Below are positions 1 to 9,738 of a DNA stretch of 64,000 nucleotides, piece after piece. The notes under the pieces are model-generated. The model did no database searches. It had not been told where the DNA came from and saw nothing but the letters and a program-made list of their open reading frames with translations. Location of the stretch: contig CANGJU010000002.1 of assembly GCA_947453935.1 (NCBI GenBank), forward strand, positions 754-64,753, written 5' to 3'. Positions within the stretch are counted from its first letter, which is position 1. Each line of letters starts with the position of its first letter. The stretch comes from Bacteroidota bacterium (lineage in GTDB: Bacteria; Bacteroidota; Bacteroidia; AKYH767-A; OLB10). A program made the translations under genes and the position numbers.

Positions 1-674
1 ACAACAGCCACTTTACCAGCCATCATTAAATCGGTAGCACGACGAATCGCATCTACTAACGACTCACGACAACCATATTTATTATCGAATTTCGATTTAG
101 TAACTGAATCGTTGATATTGATAGCAGGAACTGGCAATGTACCATTTTTCACGCGCTCATGTAAACGTAAAACACCTGTTGTTGTCTCTTCTGATAATCC
201 ACGGATACCAGCGATTAACTCAGGGTATTTGTCGAATACCATATTTGTTAAATCACCACCATCATCTAAAATCATGTTTAATGGTTGACGATCTTCTCCG
301 AAGAATAATGTTTGCTCAATACACCAGTCGAACTCTTCTGCATTCATACCTTTCCAAGCATAAACAGAGATACCTGCAGCAGCAATAGCAGCCGCCGCGT
401 GATCTTGCGTAGAGAAAATGTTACAAGATGACCAAGTTACTTCAGCGCCTAACTCAACTAATGTTTCAATTAGAACAGCTGTTTGGATAGTCATGTGTAA
501 ACATCCTGCAACACGAGCTCCTTTTAATGGTTTTGAAGGACCAAATTCAGCTCTTAACGACATTAAACCTGGCATTTCTGCTTCAGCAAGTCTAATTTCT
601 TTTCTTCCCCATTCTGCAAGGGAAATGTCTTTCACCTTATATTTCACGAATTTTTCTGTTTGAGTGTTTATCAT
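1..674 (-). CDS. ahcY: Adenosylhomocysteinase, N-terminal part (3' end lies beyond the window start)
   Basis: Absent from the ORF track because it runs off the edge. My reverse-complement translation from the ATG at 674..672 reads [72 protein letters not shown]...[17 protein letters not shown]. This is the hallmark AhcY N-terminus. Confidence 0.9.
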   Translation of the reverse strand, partial: MINTQTEKFVKYKVKDISLAEWGRKEIRLAEAEMPGLMSLRAEFGPSKPLKGARVAGCLHMTIQTAVLIETLVELGAEVTWSSCNIFSTQDHAAAAIAAAGISVYAWKGMNAEEFDWCIEQTLFFGEDRQPLNMILDDGGDLTNMVFDKYPELIAGIRGLSEETTTGVLRLHERVKNGTLPVPAININDSVTKSKFDNKYGCRESLVDAIRRATDLMMAGKVAV

Positions 675-747
675 TTTATTGAAATTTTATGCAAATTTAG
701 TTATTCATTATGACTCTTGCAATGTTATCTTTGCCAATTACTACAAT

Positions 748-1383
748 ATGGCATTAATCTACCATACTACTGGGCCTTTAGGACAACATATAGCTGTTTG
801 GAGCATTTCCGAAACATATGATGAGCTTGTTTTGTTTTTAAATAACCCATCTTTTTTAAAAGAAATTCAGAACCTCGAGTTAAAGTCGGAATTAAGGATT
901 AAGCAAAAACTAGCGGCAGGCCTTTTATTGCAGCAACTTCTAAATAAAAACATTGATTTAATTTACGATGATCTGGGCAAGCCTCATTTAAAAAATCAAA
1001 CAGGTCATATATCCATTTCAAATACAAAAGAGTTTGTTGCAGTGATTTATCATCCAGCAAATGCGGTAGGCATCGATATTGAAATCCCCTCTGAAAGAAT
1101 TATAAAGATTGCTCCTAAATTCGTGAATGAACATGAGCAAAAATGGATGAATGAGCGCTCTACTAATTCTTATCAAAACACTTTCATTATTTGGTGTGTG
1201 AAGGAAACTGTTTTTAAACTGATTGGTGGTGGCGGCATCGACTTTAAAGAGCATATCATCGTACATGAACCCAATGATAATTTTGGAGATGTTCAGTTTT
1301 TAAAACAGGAACAAGAGTCAACTTATAATTATCAGCTTATAACTCTTGATGATTTACTCGTTTCGTATATCGTTGGAAACTGA
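748..1383 (+). CDS. 4'-phosphopantetheinyl transferase (Sfp/EntD type)
   Basis: The ORF track gives 664..1383 with a GTG start. I prefer the ATG at 748 (MALIYHTTG...) because 664-747 overlaps the divergent ahcY start. Motifs GKPHL, VGIDIE and WCVKETVFK fit the PPTase superfamily. Confidence 0.75.
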   Translation: MALIYHTTGPLGQHIAVWSISETYDELVLFLNNPSFLKEIQNLELKSELRIKQKLAAGLLLQQLLNKNIDLIYDDLGKPHLKNQTGHISISNTKEFVAVIYHPANAVGIDIEIPSERIIKIAPKFVNEHEQKWMNERSTNSYQNTFIIWCVKETVFKLIGGGGIDFKEHIIVHEPNDNFGDVQFLKQEQESTYNYQLITLDDLLVSYIVGN

Positions 1384-1408
1384 TGATATTTTCTCTTAAT
1401 TTGCAAAT

Positions 1409-2155
1409 ATGATTTACCAGAAAATTCAGGAGGCTGCTTTTAATGACCGCCGACTTCTTTCCGTACTCATAGACCCAGATAAATCGGGTGAGAAACACCT
1501 CGATAAAATCTGCGCGTATAGCAATGAAGCTAGCGTCGATTACTTTTTTGTAGGTGGTAGCTTACTTACCTCTGGCGATTTACAACGCACTGTTTTGGGA
1601 ATAAAAAAACGCTCGAATATCCCGGTTGTTTTGTTCCCTGGCAATCATCAGCAAATAAGTGAACATGCCGATGCTATCTTGTTACTCTCGCTTATCTCTG
1701 GAAGAAATCCTGATTTATTAATTGGACAACATGTAACAGCGGCTCAACGATTAAAGGCTTCTGAATTAGAAATTATCCCTACCGGCTATTTATTAATTGA
1801 TGGCGGCACCATGACAACCGTTCAGTATGTGAGTGGTACCGCTCCTATTCCAACTGACAAGGTAGAAATTGCTGCCTACACCGCATTAGCAGGTGAGCAA
1901 TTGGGCATGAAATTAATTTTTGCAGAGGCCGGTTCAGGAGCAAAACACCATGTACCAGTTGATGTAATCAAAGCAATTAAAAAAGAAGTCAATATTCCAT
2001 TGATTGTTGGCGGAGGTATTCGGACACCTGAGAGCGCTGCTGCTGTTTTTAGAGCGGGTGCTAATATGGTTGTTGTAGGCAATTCCTTTGAAAAAGACCC
2101 TGAGCTCATTCAGGATATTGCTGCTGCTCGATTTAATTTCAAAGATGCTGTATAA
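1409..2155 (+). CDS. Geranylgeranylglyceryl/heptaprenylglyceryl phosphate synthase family protein (PcrB/GGGPS)
   Basis: 248 aa. Shows the TIM-barrel family pattern: LIDPDK, FFVGGS, VLFPG, IFAEAGSGA, LIVGGGIR. Confidence 0.85.
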   Translation: MIYQKIQEAAFNDRRLLSVLIDPDKSGEKHLDKICAYSNEASVDYFFVGGSLLTSGDLQRTVLGIKKRSNIPVVLFPGNHQQISEHADAILLLSLISGRNPDLLIGQHVTAAQRLKASELEIIPTGYLLIDGGTMTTVQYVSGTAPIPTDKVEIAAYTALAGEQLGMKLIFAEAGSGAKHHVPVDVIKAIKKEVNIPLIVGGGIRTPESAAAVFRAGANMVVVGNSFEKDPELIQDIAAARFNFKDAV

Positions 2156-2157
2156 AA

Positions 2158-2718
2158 ATGGATACACTTGAAATTGTTGGATTCATTTCAGGATTTGCAG
2201 GTGTTTTTTTGACAGTTAAAAAAAATAAATGGTGCTTCCCTATCGGAATTATCAACGTTATACTTTCTTGTTTTTTATTTTATGAAAGTCGTTTGTATGC
2301 CGACTCCTTACAACAGTTAATTTATATCCCACTGTTGATTGTTGGATGGCTAAACTGGAATGCCAATACGAACGATGAATTTGCTGTTGAACACCTTAAC
2401 AAAAAAGAAATCGTCATTTACTTTTCATTGTTCGTTTCATCAGGTATTTTACTTGGCTATCTCTTAAAAACATTTTCGAATGCGAGTTATCCATGGATTG
2501 ATTCGTTGGCTACCACTGCCTCTTTTCTAGCGCAATATTTAATTGCTAAAAAGAAAATTGAAAACTGGATTGTATGGATTGCAGTTAATGTAGTTTACAT
2601 TGCTGTTTATCTGCAAAAAGACCTTGAACTATATGCCGTGCTTTACCTCGTATATTTAATTCTTGCTATTCAAGGTTATTACCAATGGCGTAAACATTTA
2701 ACGGAACAAGCAGCATGA
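2158..2718 (+). CDS. pnuC: Nicotinamide riboside transporter PnuC
   Basis: 186 aa polytopic membrane protein with a PnuC-like C-terminus (AIQGYYQWRK). Its stop overlaps the next start (ATGA at 2715-2718). Confidence 0.85.
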   Translation: MDTLEIVGFISGFAGVFLTVKKNKWCFPIGIINVILSCFLFYESRLYADSLQQLIYIPLLIVGWLNWNANTNDEFAVEHLNKKEIVIYFSLFVSSGILLGYLLKTFSNASYPWIDSLATTASFLAQYLIAKKKIENWIVWIAVNVVYIAVYLQKDLELYAVLYLVYLILAIQGYYQWRKHLTEQAA

Positions 2719-3245
2719 TTAAAATAGCGGTTATTGGTCCTGAGAGCTCTGGCAAATCGACCTTATGCGATATGCTGAATGCGCATTATAAAGGATTTGT
2801 TGTAAAAGAATTTGCTCGAGAATATTTAAATGATAAATCATCTTATGAGGAAGAGGACTTACTTGAGATAGCAAAAGGTCAGGCAAGCTTTGAAGAGGAA
2901 GGAATTAATTCGGATAAAAATGTAATCTTGTTTGATACTAATTTTTTAGTGCTTAAAGTGTGGAGCGATTTAAAATACAATCGATGTCATTCGTTTATCT
3001 TGGATGAATTGAACAATCGCACATACGACCTAACGTTAATACTACTTCCTAATATCCCCTGGCAATACGACCCGCTGCGTGAAAGTCCTTCGATAGAAGA
3101 ACGAATGAAGATTTTTAACGAATACAGAAATCATCTTTTGCTATTGAATCATCCCTACAAAATCATTCGTGATATTGGCTATGGTAGAACGGTTGAATCG
3201 ATACAGCATATCGACGAGGTGATTACTTCCAAGAATCGTTTATAA
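2715..3245 (+). CDS. NadR-type ribosylnicotinamide kinase-like P-loop ATPase
   Basis: 176 aa with Walker A GPESSGKST. Translationally coupled to pnuC, the usual PnuC/NadR-kinase pairing. Confidence 0.7.
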   Translation: MIKIAVIGPESSGKSTLCDMLNAHYKGFVVKEFAREYLNDKSSYEEEDLLEIAKGQASFEEEGINSDKNVILFDTNFLVLKVWSDLKYNRCHSFILDELNNRTYDLTLILLPNIPWQYDPLRESPSIEERMKIFNEYRNHLLLLNHPYKIIRDIGYGRTVESIQHIDEVITSKNRL

Positions 3246-3275
3246 TTTGTATTTTTGCGACTCAAAATTTAGACT

Positions 3276-4256
3276 ATGAAAATTTGTAATAACATCCTTG
3301 AAGCAATTGGTAATACACCAATGGTGCGTTTAAATAAAATTATTGGCGATACTCCTGCTACAGTGTTAGCAAAAGTAGAAACCTTTAATCCGGGTAACTC
3401 AATCAAAGACCGTATGGCGTTGAAGATGATTGAAGATGCAGAGAAAGCAGGCCTAATTAAACCAGGTGGAACCATCATTGAAGGAACATCAGGAAACACA
3501 GGAATGGGATTAGCCATTGCTGCTATTGTTAAAGGTTACAAATGTATTTTCACAACTACCGATAAACAATCGAAGGAAAAGGTAGATGCCTTACGTGCAT
3601 TCGGTGCTGAGGTAATTGTTTGTCCTACCAACGTTGAACCAGAAGACCCTAACTCTTATTATTCTGTTGCTAAACGTTTGAATAAAGAAATCGAGAATTC
3701 TTTTTACCCAAATCAATACGATAACTTATCGAACCGTACTGCTCACTATGAGCAAACTGGACCTGAAATCTGGGAACAGACAGAAGGGAAAATCACGCAT
3801 TTAGTAGTAGGTTCAGGTACAGGTGGTACTATAACGGGTACGGGTATGTACTTGAAAGAAAAAAATCCGAATATTAAAATCTGGGGTATCGATACATACG
3901 GTTCTGCGTTGAAAAAATTCCATGAAACAGGAGTTATCGATCAGAATGAAATTCACTCTTATGTAACAGAAGGTATCGGAGAAGATTTTATTCCTCAGAA
4001 CTACGACTTCAGCATTATTGATCATTTTGAAAAAGTCACTGATAAAGATGCTGCTGTTTACACAAGAGACATTTGTTTACAAGAAGGTATCTGGGTAGGT
4101 AATTCTGCAGGAGCAGCTGTTGCTGGATTAGTTCAATTGAAAGACCAGCTAACAAAAGATGATGTAGTAGTTATCATTTTCCATGACCATGGATCTCGTT
4201 ACATCGGTAAGATGTTTAATCCTGAGTGGATGAGGAAGATGGGGTACAGTGAGTAA
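3276..4256 (+). CDS. PLP-dependent cysteine synthase / cystathionine beta-synthase family enzyme
   Basis: 326 aa with fold-type II PLP motifs: NPGNSIKDRMA (PLP lysine), GTSGNTG, GSGTGGT. Confidence 0.85.
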   Translation: MKICNNILEAIGNTPMVRLNKIIGDTPATVLAKVETFNPGNSIKDRMALKMIEDAEKAGLIKPGGTIIEGTSGNTGMGLAIAAIVKGYKCIFTTTDKQSKEKVDALRAFGAEVIVCPTNVEPEDPNSYYSVAKRLNKEIENSFYPNQYDNLSNRTAHYEQTGPEIWEQTEGKITHLVVGSGTGGTITGTGMYLKEKNPNIKIWGIDTYGSALKKFHETGVIDQNEIHSYVTEGIGEDFIPQNYDFSIIDHFEKVTDKDAAVYTRDICLQEGIWVGNSAGAAVAGLVQLKDQLTKDDVVVIIFHDHGSRYIGKMFNPEWMRKMGYSE

Positions 4257-4261
4257 TGTGC

Positions 4262-4293
4262 TAATTTGACAATTTGCCAATTTGATAATTTGA
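4262..4293. repeat. Four tandem 8-bp units (Y)AATTTG(M)
   Basis: Sequence is taatttga caatttgc caatttga taatttga, directly after the stop at 4256. AATGTGCTA also recurs at about 4254 and about 4340. Confidence 0.6.
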
Positions 4294-4367
4294 AGATATA
4301 TAATAAAGTGTATCTGTAGGATTCTACTTTATTATTTGCTAATGTGCTAGCAATACAATAAATTTTT

Positions 4368-5141
4368 ATGATTACTGATCAGCTCGGAAGGAAAATAAAC
4401 TTGAATTTGCCGGCGAAGCGGATTGTTTCATTAGTTCCTTCGCAAACGGAATTGCTTTTTGATTTAGGTCTTGATGAGGAAGTAATTGGCATCACTAAAT
4501 TTTGCATTCATCCGGAAAATTGGCTTCAAGAAAAAACGATTGTTGGCGGCACTAAGAATTTTCATATTGAAAAAATCAAAGTGTTACAGCCGGATTTAAT
4601 CCTAGCCAATAAAGAAGAAAACACCAAAGAACTCATTGAAGAATTAGCGCTCGATTTTCCTGTTTACATAAGCGATGTAAATACGATTGAGAATGCATTA
4701 CAAATGATTTCCGATGTAGGAATTTTAGTTGGAAAGGAAGATAAAGCATTACAAATCGTTTCAGTAATTAAACAGGCAAGAAGAGATTTATCCAATCAAT
4801 TTAAAAAACCTGCATCCTGTTATTATTTTATCTGGAAAAATCCTTGGTTAACAGTGGGTGGCGATACATTTATCAATACGATGATTGAAGAAGCGGGCTT
4901 TATTTCGCTTTCAAAAAACCAAACACGCTATCCTGAAATCGACCTTGACAATATAGATAAACAGCCAGACTTTTTATTGCTATCGAGTGAACCCTACCCC
5001 TTCAAACAATCAGATGCCGATTATCTGCAAACAAAATTTCCTGCATCAAAGATTGTATTTGTAGATGGCACTTATTTCTCCTGGTATGGGTCCCGTTTAA
5101 CTAAGGCTTTTAGCTATCTATCTGACTTACCTTTTAAATAA
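4368..5141 (+). CDS. BtuF-like / helical-backbone metal receptor (TroA-superfamily substrate-binding protein, possibly cobalamin-binding)
   Basis: 257 aa. RIVSLVPSQTELLFDLGL...VIGITKFC...PDLILAN is typical of class III periplasmic binding proteins. No obvious signal peptide. Confidence 0.65.
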   Translation: MITDQLGRKINLNLPAKRIVSLVPSQTELLFDLGLDEEVIGITKFCIHPENWLQEKTIVGGTKNFHIEKIKVLQPDLILANKEENTKELIEELALDFPVYISDVNTIENALQMISDVGILVGKEDKALQIVSVIKQARRDLSNQFKKPASCYYFIWKNPWLTVGGDTFINTMIEEAGFISLSKNQTRYPEIDLDNIDKQPDFLLLSSEPYPFKQSDADYLQTKFPASKIVFVDGTYFSWYGSRLTKAFSYLSDLPFK

Positions 5142-5188
5142 GGCTGTATTTAATTGATTACTTACCTTTGTAACTCAAATCGCTCGAC

Positions 5189-7477
5189 TTGAAAAAGGTA
5201 CTAATTTGTTTTACACTTCTTATGCTTGCCTTATCACTGCAATGCTATTCCCAAAAAGTGGGATTAGTCTTGAGCGGTGGCGGTGCACGCGGTTTTGCGC
5301 AAATAGGCGTATTAAGGGCGTTGGAAGAAAATAAAATTCCTATTGATTATATCACTGGCGTATCGTCGGGTGCATTAATTGGTTGTTACTATGCAACGGG
5401 AACATCACCTTCGCAACTAGAGCGTTTAGTCACACAAAAAATATTTGCCAAACGAGCCGAAGGACAATTTGATGAAGACAATCTTTATTCTTTTTTAAAA
5501 AATCCTGTTGATGCCAGCTGGATAGAAATAAAGTTAATCAGCGATTCTGTTTTCAAAACTCAATTACCAAGCAACGTAGTCAATGCCGCTGAAATTGATT
5601 TTGCATTAATGGAGAATCTTTCAATTCCAATTGCACGCGCAGGAAATAATTTTGATAGTTTAATTGTTCCCTTTCGATGTGTAGCATCCGACATTACTGC
5701 AAAACGAGAAATCGTATATAATCAAGGCGACTTGTCATTTGCCGTACGTGCCTCTATGTCGTTTCCTTTTTATTACGCCCCTCTACTCGACCAAAACCAT
5801 ATTATCTACGATGGAGGCATTTACAATAATTTTCCAGCGGATGTTTTACAATCGGAGTTTAATCCTGATTTAATCATAGGAGTAAATACTGCAGACACGA
5901 TTGACAGACCGAGTGAAGTCAACTTTTTAAGTCAGCTGAAATCGATGATTCAGCGCTCAACGAATTATACCATGAATCGTGAGCAAGATATTATTATTAC
6001 ACCAAATGTATCCGGCATAGGACTCTTTTCATTCGATGATATCAGAGCAGCAATCGACAGCGGCTATGCGATGGGGTTACGAATGATTCCGCTCATCAAA
6101 TCAAGAATTGGAAACAGAGAAGCAGACACCTTACTACTCGCAGAAAAGCGTAAACAATTTAGTTTCTCGTATCAAGATTTATTAATTGATTCAATAGCCG
6201 TAACAGGTGTAAACACTAAGCAAGCAGATTATATCATCAAAACAATTAATCCAAAAGGTGAAATAATTACTGCAGCAGAATTAAAGCAGAAATGGTTTCG
6301 ATTAGTTGCAGATGAAAACCAGCGTTATTTATTTCCGAGTTTAAAATACAATCCGCAATCAGGGCATTTTATTTTGTGTGTTGATGTACGAAAGAACAAA
6401 GGTGTATCGATCAATTTCGGTGGAAATGTTTCATCGCGACCAATTAACACTGCCTTTATTTCGGCTCAGAAAAATTATTGGGATAAGTATAGTTTAAGAA
6501 CCTTTGCAAGTATTTATTTTGGTAAGTTATATAGCAGCGGACATATTCGTAGTCGTTTGGATGTACCGGGAACAATTCCGTTTTACATAGAGCCATCCGT
6601 CACATTAAACCAATGGGATTTTTATAAAAGCAGCAGTTCATTTTTTGAAGATGTTAAACCTTCTTATCTTGTACAATACGACGAATCCTATGCAATTAAA
6701 TTAGGAACGCCTCTCACCAACAAATTAAAACTAGAAGGTGGAGCGAGCCGCTTTGAAACGAAAGACAAATATTATTTGACGAGAGATTTTACGCAAGCAG
6801 ACACCAGCGACCTGACTGAATTTAATGGAAGCAGTTACTTTCTTGAAGTAGAACAAAACACCTTAAACCGAAAAATGTATGCAACCACCGGATCTAGTTT
6901 GTTTGCACGGTTACGCTATATAAATGGAGATGAAAAAACGTTCCCAGGATCTACAGGCATTCTGCGTGATACAACAACGTATTATCACGAATGGTTTCAA
7001 TTAAATGTAAAATATGAAACGTACTTTAATAGCTTGCGACGATTTAAATGGGGAGTGTTTGGCGAATTAATGTTGAGTGGACAACCTTTCTTTTCAAATT
7101 ATCGAGCGACTGTTTTAGCAGCTCCTGCATTCAATCCGATTGCTGATATGCAAACACAATTTCAGGAAACTTATCGTGCACACAATTATCTGGGCTTAGG
7201 AATTAAAAACCTCATTAGTATTAACGATAACTTTGATGTACGATTAGAAGGATATGCTTTTCAACCTTTCAGAGAAATTTTACAAGAGGAAAATTACAAG
7301 TCGCGCTACGGTGATAATTTTGGCAAGCGTTATTTCGTTGCCACGTTTAATACTATCTATAAAAGTCCGATAGGACCTGTTAGTTTAGCACTAAACTATT
7401 ACGATAAACGAGAGAATCCTGTAGGAATTATTTTCCATATCGGATACATCATCTTTAACAGGAAAGCAATTTACTAA
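5189..7477 (+). CDS. Patatin-like phospholipase fused to a C-terminal Omp85-like beta-barrel (PlpD/type Vd-like architecture)
   Basis: 762 aa with a TTG start and a signal peptide. Patatin motifs are GLVLSGGGARGFAQIGV and GVSSGA (nucleophile serine), plus DGG. The long C-terminal half is rich in alternating aromatic residues. Confidence 0.8.
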   Translation: MKKVLICFTLLMLALSLQCYSQKVGLVLSGGGARGFAQIGVLRALEENKIPIDYITGVSSGALIGCYYATGTSPSQLERLVTQKIFAKRAEGQFDEDNLYSFLKNPVDASWIEIKLISDSVFKTQLPSNVVNAAEIDFALMENLSIPIARAGNNFDSLIVPFRCVASDITAKREIVYNQGDLSFAVRASMSFPFYYAPLLDQNHIIYDGGIYNNFPADVLQSEFNPDLIIGVNTADTIDRPSEVNFLSQLKSMIQRSTNYTMNREQDIIITPNVSGIGLFSFDDIRAAIDSGYAMGLRMIPLIKSRIGNREADTLLLAEKRKQFSFSYQDLLIDSIAVTGVNTKQADYIIKTINPKGEIITAAELKQKWFRLVADENQRYLFPSLKYNPQSGHFILCVDVRKNKGVSINFGGNVSSRPINTAFISAQKNYWDKYSLRTFASIYFGKLYSSGHIRSRLDVPGTIPFYIEPSVTLNQWDFYKSSSSFFEDVKPSYLVQYDESYAIKLGTPLTNKLKLEGGASRFETKDKYYLTRDFTQADTSDLTEFNGSSYFLEVEQNTLNRKMYATTGSSLFARLRYINGDEKTFPGSTGILRDTTTYYHEWFQLNVKYETYFNSLRRFKWGVFGELMLSGQPFFSNYRATVLAAPAFNPIADMQTQFQETYRAHNYLGLGIKNLISINDNFDVRLEGYAFQPFREILQEENYKSRYGDNFGKRYFVATFNTIYKSPIGPVSLALNYYDKRENPVGIIFHIGYIIFNRKAIY

Positions 7478-8800
7478 TTACTCTACTTCTTTATTTCGCT
7501 CTTTACTACGGAAGTAAATCGTGATTGGCACTCCACTAAAGTCGAAGTTCTCACGCATTTTGTTTTCGATAAATCGTTTGTAAGATTCATTGATATACTG
7601 AGGCAGATTACAGAAGAATACAAACGTTGGAGCTTGTCCTGGTAACTGCGTAATGTATTTAATGCTAATAGCCTTTCCTTTTGTTGCAGGCGGTGGATAA
7701 TTATGCACGTACGGCAACATCACCTTATTCAACTTTGAGGTAGCCACTTTTGAAGTTTTATTTTTGAAGACCTGCAATGCAGTTTCTAAAGCTTTAAATA
7801 CACGCTGTTTATTGATTACAGATGTGAAAATGATAGGAACATCTACAAACGGACTTAACTTATCCTTGATTTTTTGCTCGTAATCACGCATAGTATTCGT
7901 TTCCTTTTCTACCAAATCCCATTTATTTACAAGAATAACAACACCCTTACGATTTCTCTCACACAAACGGAAAATATTCATATCTTGAACACCAAGCCCA
8001 TTAGTTGCATCCAGCATCATCAAACAAACATCAGCTTCTTCAATGGCTCTAACGGAGCGCATTACCGAATAAAATTCAATATCTTCTTTTACTACTTTTT
8101 TCTTTCTTAATCCAGCAGTATCAATCAGTAAAAAATCAAAACCGAAACTTTGATAACGAGTGTACAATGTATCACGCGTTGTTCCTGCAATAGGAGTTAC
8201 AATTGCACGCTCTACGCCGATTAGTGTATTCAAAAGAGATGACTTTCCTACATTCGGCTGACCAATAATTGCGATGCGTGGTAATTCAGGATCTATAACA
8301 TCTTCCGGATCGAATACCGCCACCATATCATCCAACAACTCTCCTGTACCACTTCCACTCATTGCAGAAATAGGATATACATCACCCATTCCTAATGCAT
8401 AGAACTCACCTGTTTCATTAATGCGTTTTGAATTATCTACTTTATTGGTAACGAGAAAAATTTTCTTATTACAACGACGTAACATATTCGCCACTTCTTT
8501 ATCCATGTCTGTTAATCCATCCGCAACATCCACCACAAACAAAATCACATTCGCTTCATCAATAGCTAATGCTACCTGCTTACGAATTTCCCCTTCAAAA
8601 ACATCATCCGATCCAGTGATATAACCACCAGTATCAATAACAGAAAAAGTTCTTCCTATCCACTCCGCCTTACCGTAATGTCTATCACGCGTAACACCTG
8701 CTGTTTCATCAACAATTGCTTTACGTGATTCAGTAAGTCGGTTAAACAATGTCGACTTACCCACATTCGGGCGACCAACGATCGCAACTATATTTGCCAT
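7478..8800 (-). CDS. der: Ribosome biogenesis GTPase Der (EngA), tandem GTPase domains
   Basis: 440 aa with two G-domains (GRPNVGKST and GQPNVGKSS) and a KH-like C-terminus. Confidence 0.95.
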   Translation of the reverse strand: MANIVAIVGRPNVGKSTLFNRLTESRKAIVDETAGVTRDRHYGKAEWIGRTFSVIDTGGYITGSDDVFEGEIRKQVALAIDEANVILFVVDVADGLTDMDKEVANMLRRCNKKIFLVTNKVDNSKRINETGEFYALGMGDVYPISAMSGSGTGELLDDMVAVFDPEDVIDPELPRIAIIGQPNVGKSSLLNTLIGVERAIVTPIAGTTRDTLYTRYQSFGFDFLLIDTAGLRKKKVVKEDIEFYSVMRSVRAIEEADVCLMMLDATNGLGVQDMNIFRLCERNRKGVVILVNKWDLVEKETNTMRDYEQKIKDKLSPFVDVPIIFTSVINKQRVFKALETALQVFKNKTSKVATSKLNKVMLPYVHNYPPPATKGKAISIKYITQLPGQAPTFVFFCNLPQYINESYKRFIENKMRENFDFSGVPITIYFRSKERNKEVE

Positions 8801-8809
8801 ATCCTAAAA

Positions 8810-9688
8810 TTATATTTCGTAGCCAAATCGCTTCAGCATATTATCATTATCTCTCCAATCATCAGCCACCTTCACCGTCAGTTCAATAAAGACTTGCTTC
8901 TCTAAAACAGTCTCTAACTTTTTACGCGACTCCATTCCTAACTTCTTAATGGCCTTACCTTGATGTCCAATAAGAATTGCTTTTTGCGTTTCGCGTGCGC
9001 AGTAAATCACAACTGATATACGATCGATGGTTTCATCTTCTTTGTAAGATGTAACAACCACCTCTACCGAATAAGGAATCTCTTGCTGATATAAACTTAA
9101 TATTCGTTCGCGAACAATTTCAGCTGTAAAGAATCGCATGTTACGATCGCTCACCGCTTCATCTTTATCAAAATAAGCAGGACCTTCGGGAATATCTTTT
9201 AAAAGCTCTGTAACAATATTATCGACAGAGAAATTATGCAACGCTGAAATAGGCAGAATAACTTTAGGCTTCAACGTTTCTTTCCAGAATTCCACTGCCT
9301 CTTCTACAACACTTTGTTCGGCGGTATCGATTTTATTAATGATCACATAAAGCGGAACGGAAAGAACCGTTAACTTAACTTTTAAGTCCTCATCAATTTT
9401 TCGGTCATTCACTTCCGTTACATACACTACAACATCAGCATCAGTAAATGTTTCTTCTACCGCTGCCAGCATTTTATGATGTAGCTTATAAGCAGGCTTC
9501 ATGATACCAGGAGTATCCGAAAAAACAATCTGGTAATGCTCATCATTCAAAATACCTTTGATACGATGACGGGTAGTTTGTGCCTTAGGATTTACCATCG
9601 ACAATTCCTGACCCAGTAACGCATTCATTAGCGTACTTTTACCCACATTGGGCTTTCCTACAATATTTACAAAACCTGATTGATGCAT
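8810..9688 (-). CDS. era: GTPase Era
   Basis: 292 aa. [18 protein letters not shown] and DTPG motifs, with a KH domain at the C-terminus. Confidence 0.95.
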   Translation of the reverse strand: MHQSGFVNIVGKPNVGKSTLMNALLGQELSMVNPKAQTTRHRIKGILNDEHYQIVFSDTPGIMKPAYKLHHKMLAAVEETFTDADVVVYVTEVNDRKIDEDLKVKLTVLSVPLYVIINKIDTAEQSVVEEAVEFWKETLKPKVILPISALHNFSVDNIVTELLKDIPEGPAYFDKDEAVSDRNMRFFTAEIVRERILSLYQQEIPYSVEVVVTSYKEDETIDRISVVIYCARETQKAILIGHQGKAIKKLGMESRKKLETVLEKQVFIELTVKVADDWRDNDNMLKRFGYEI

Positions 9689-9738
9689 TTGTGTGCAAAG
9701 ATACCGATTTTATCCGTACCGATTAGAGAATGACCTTC

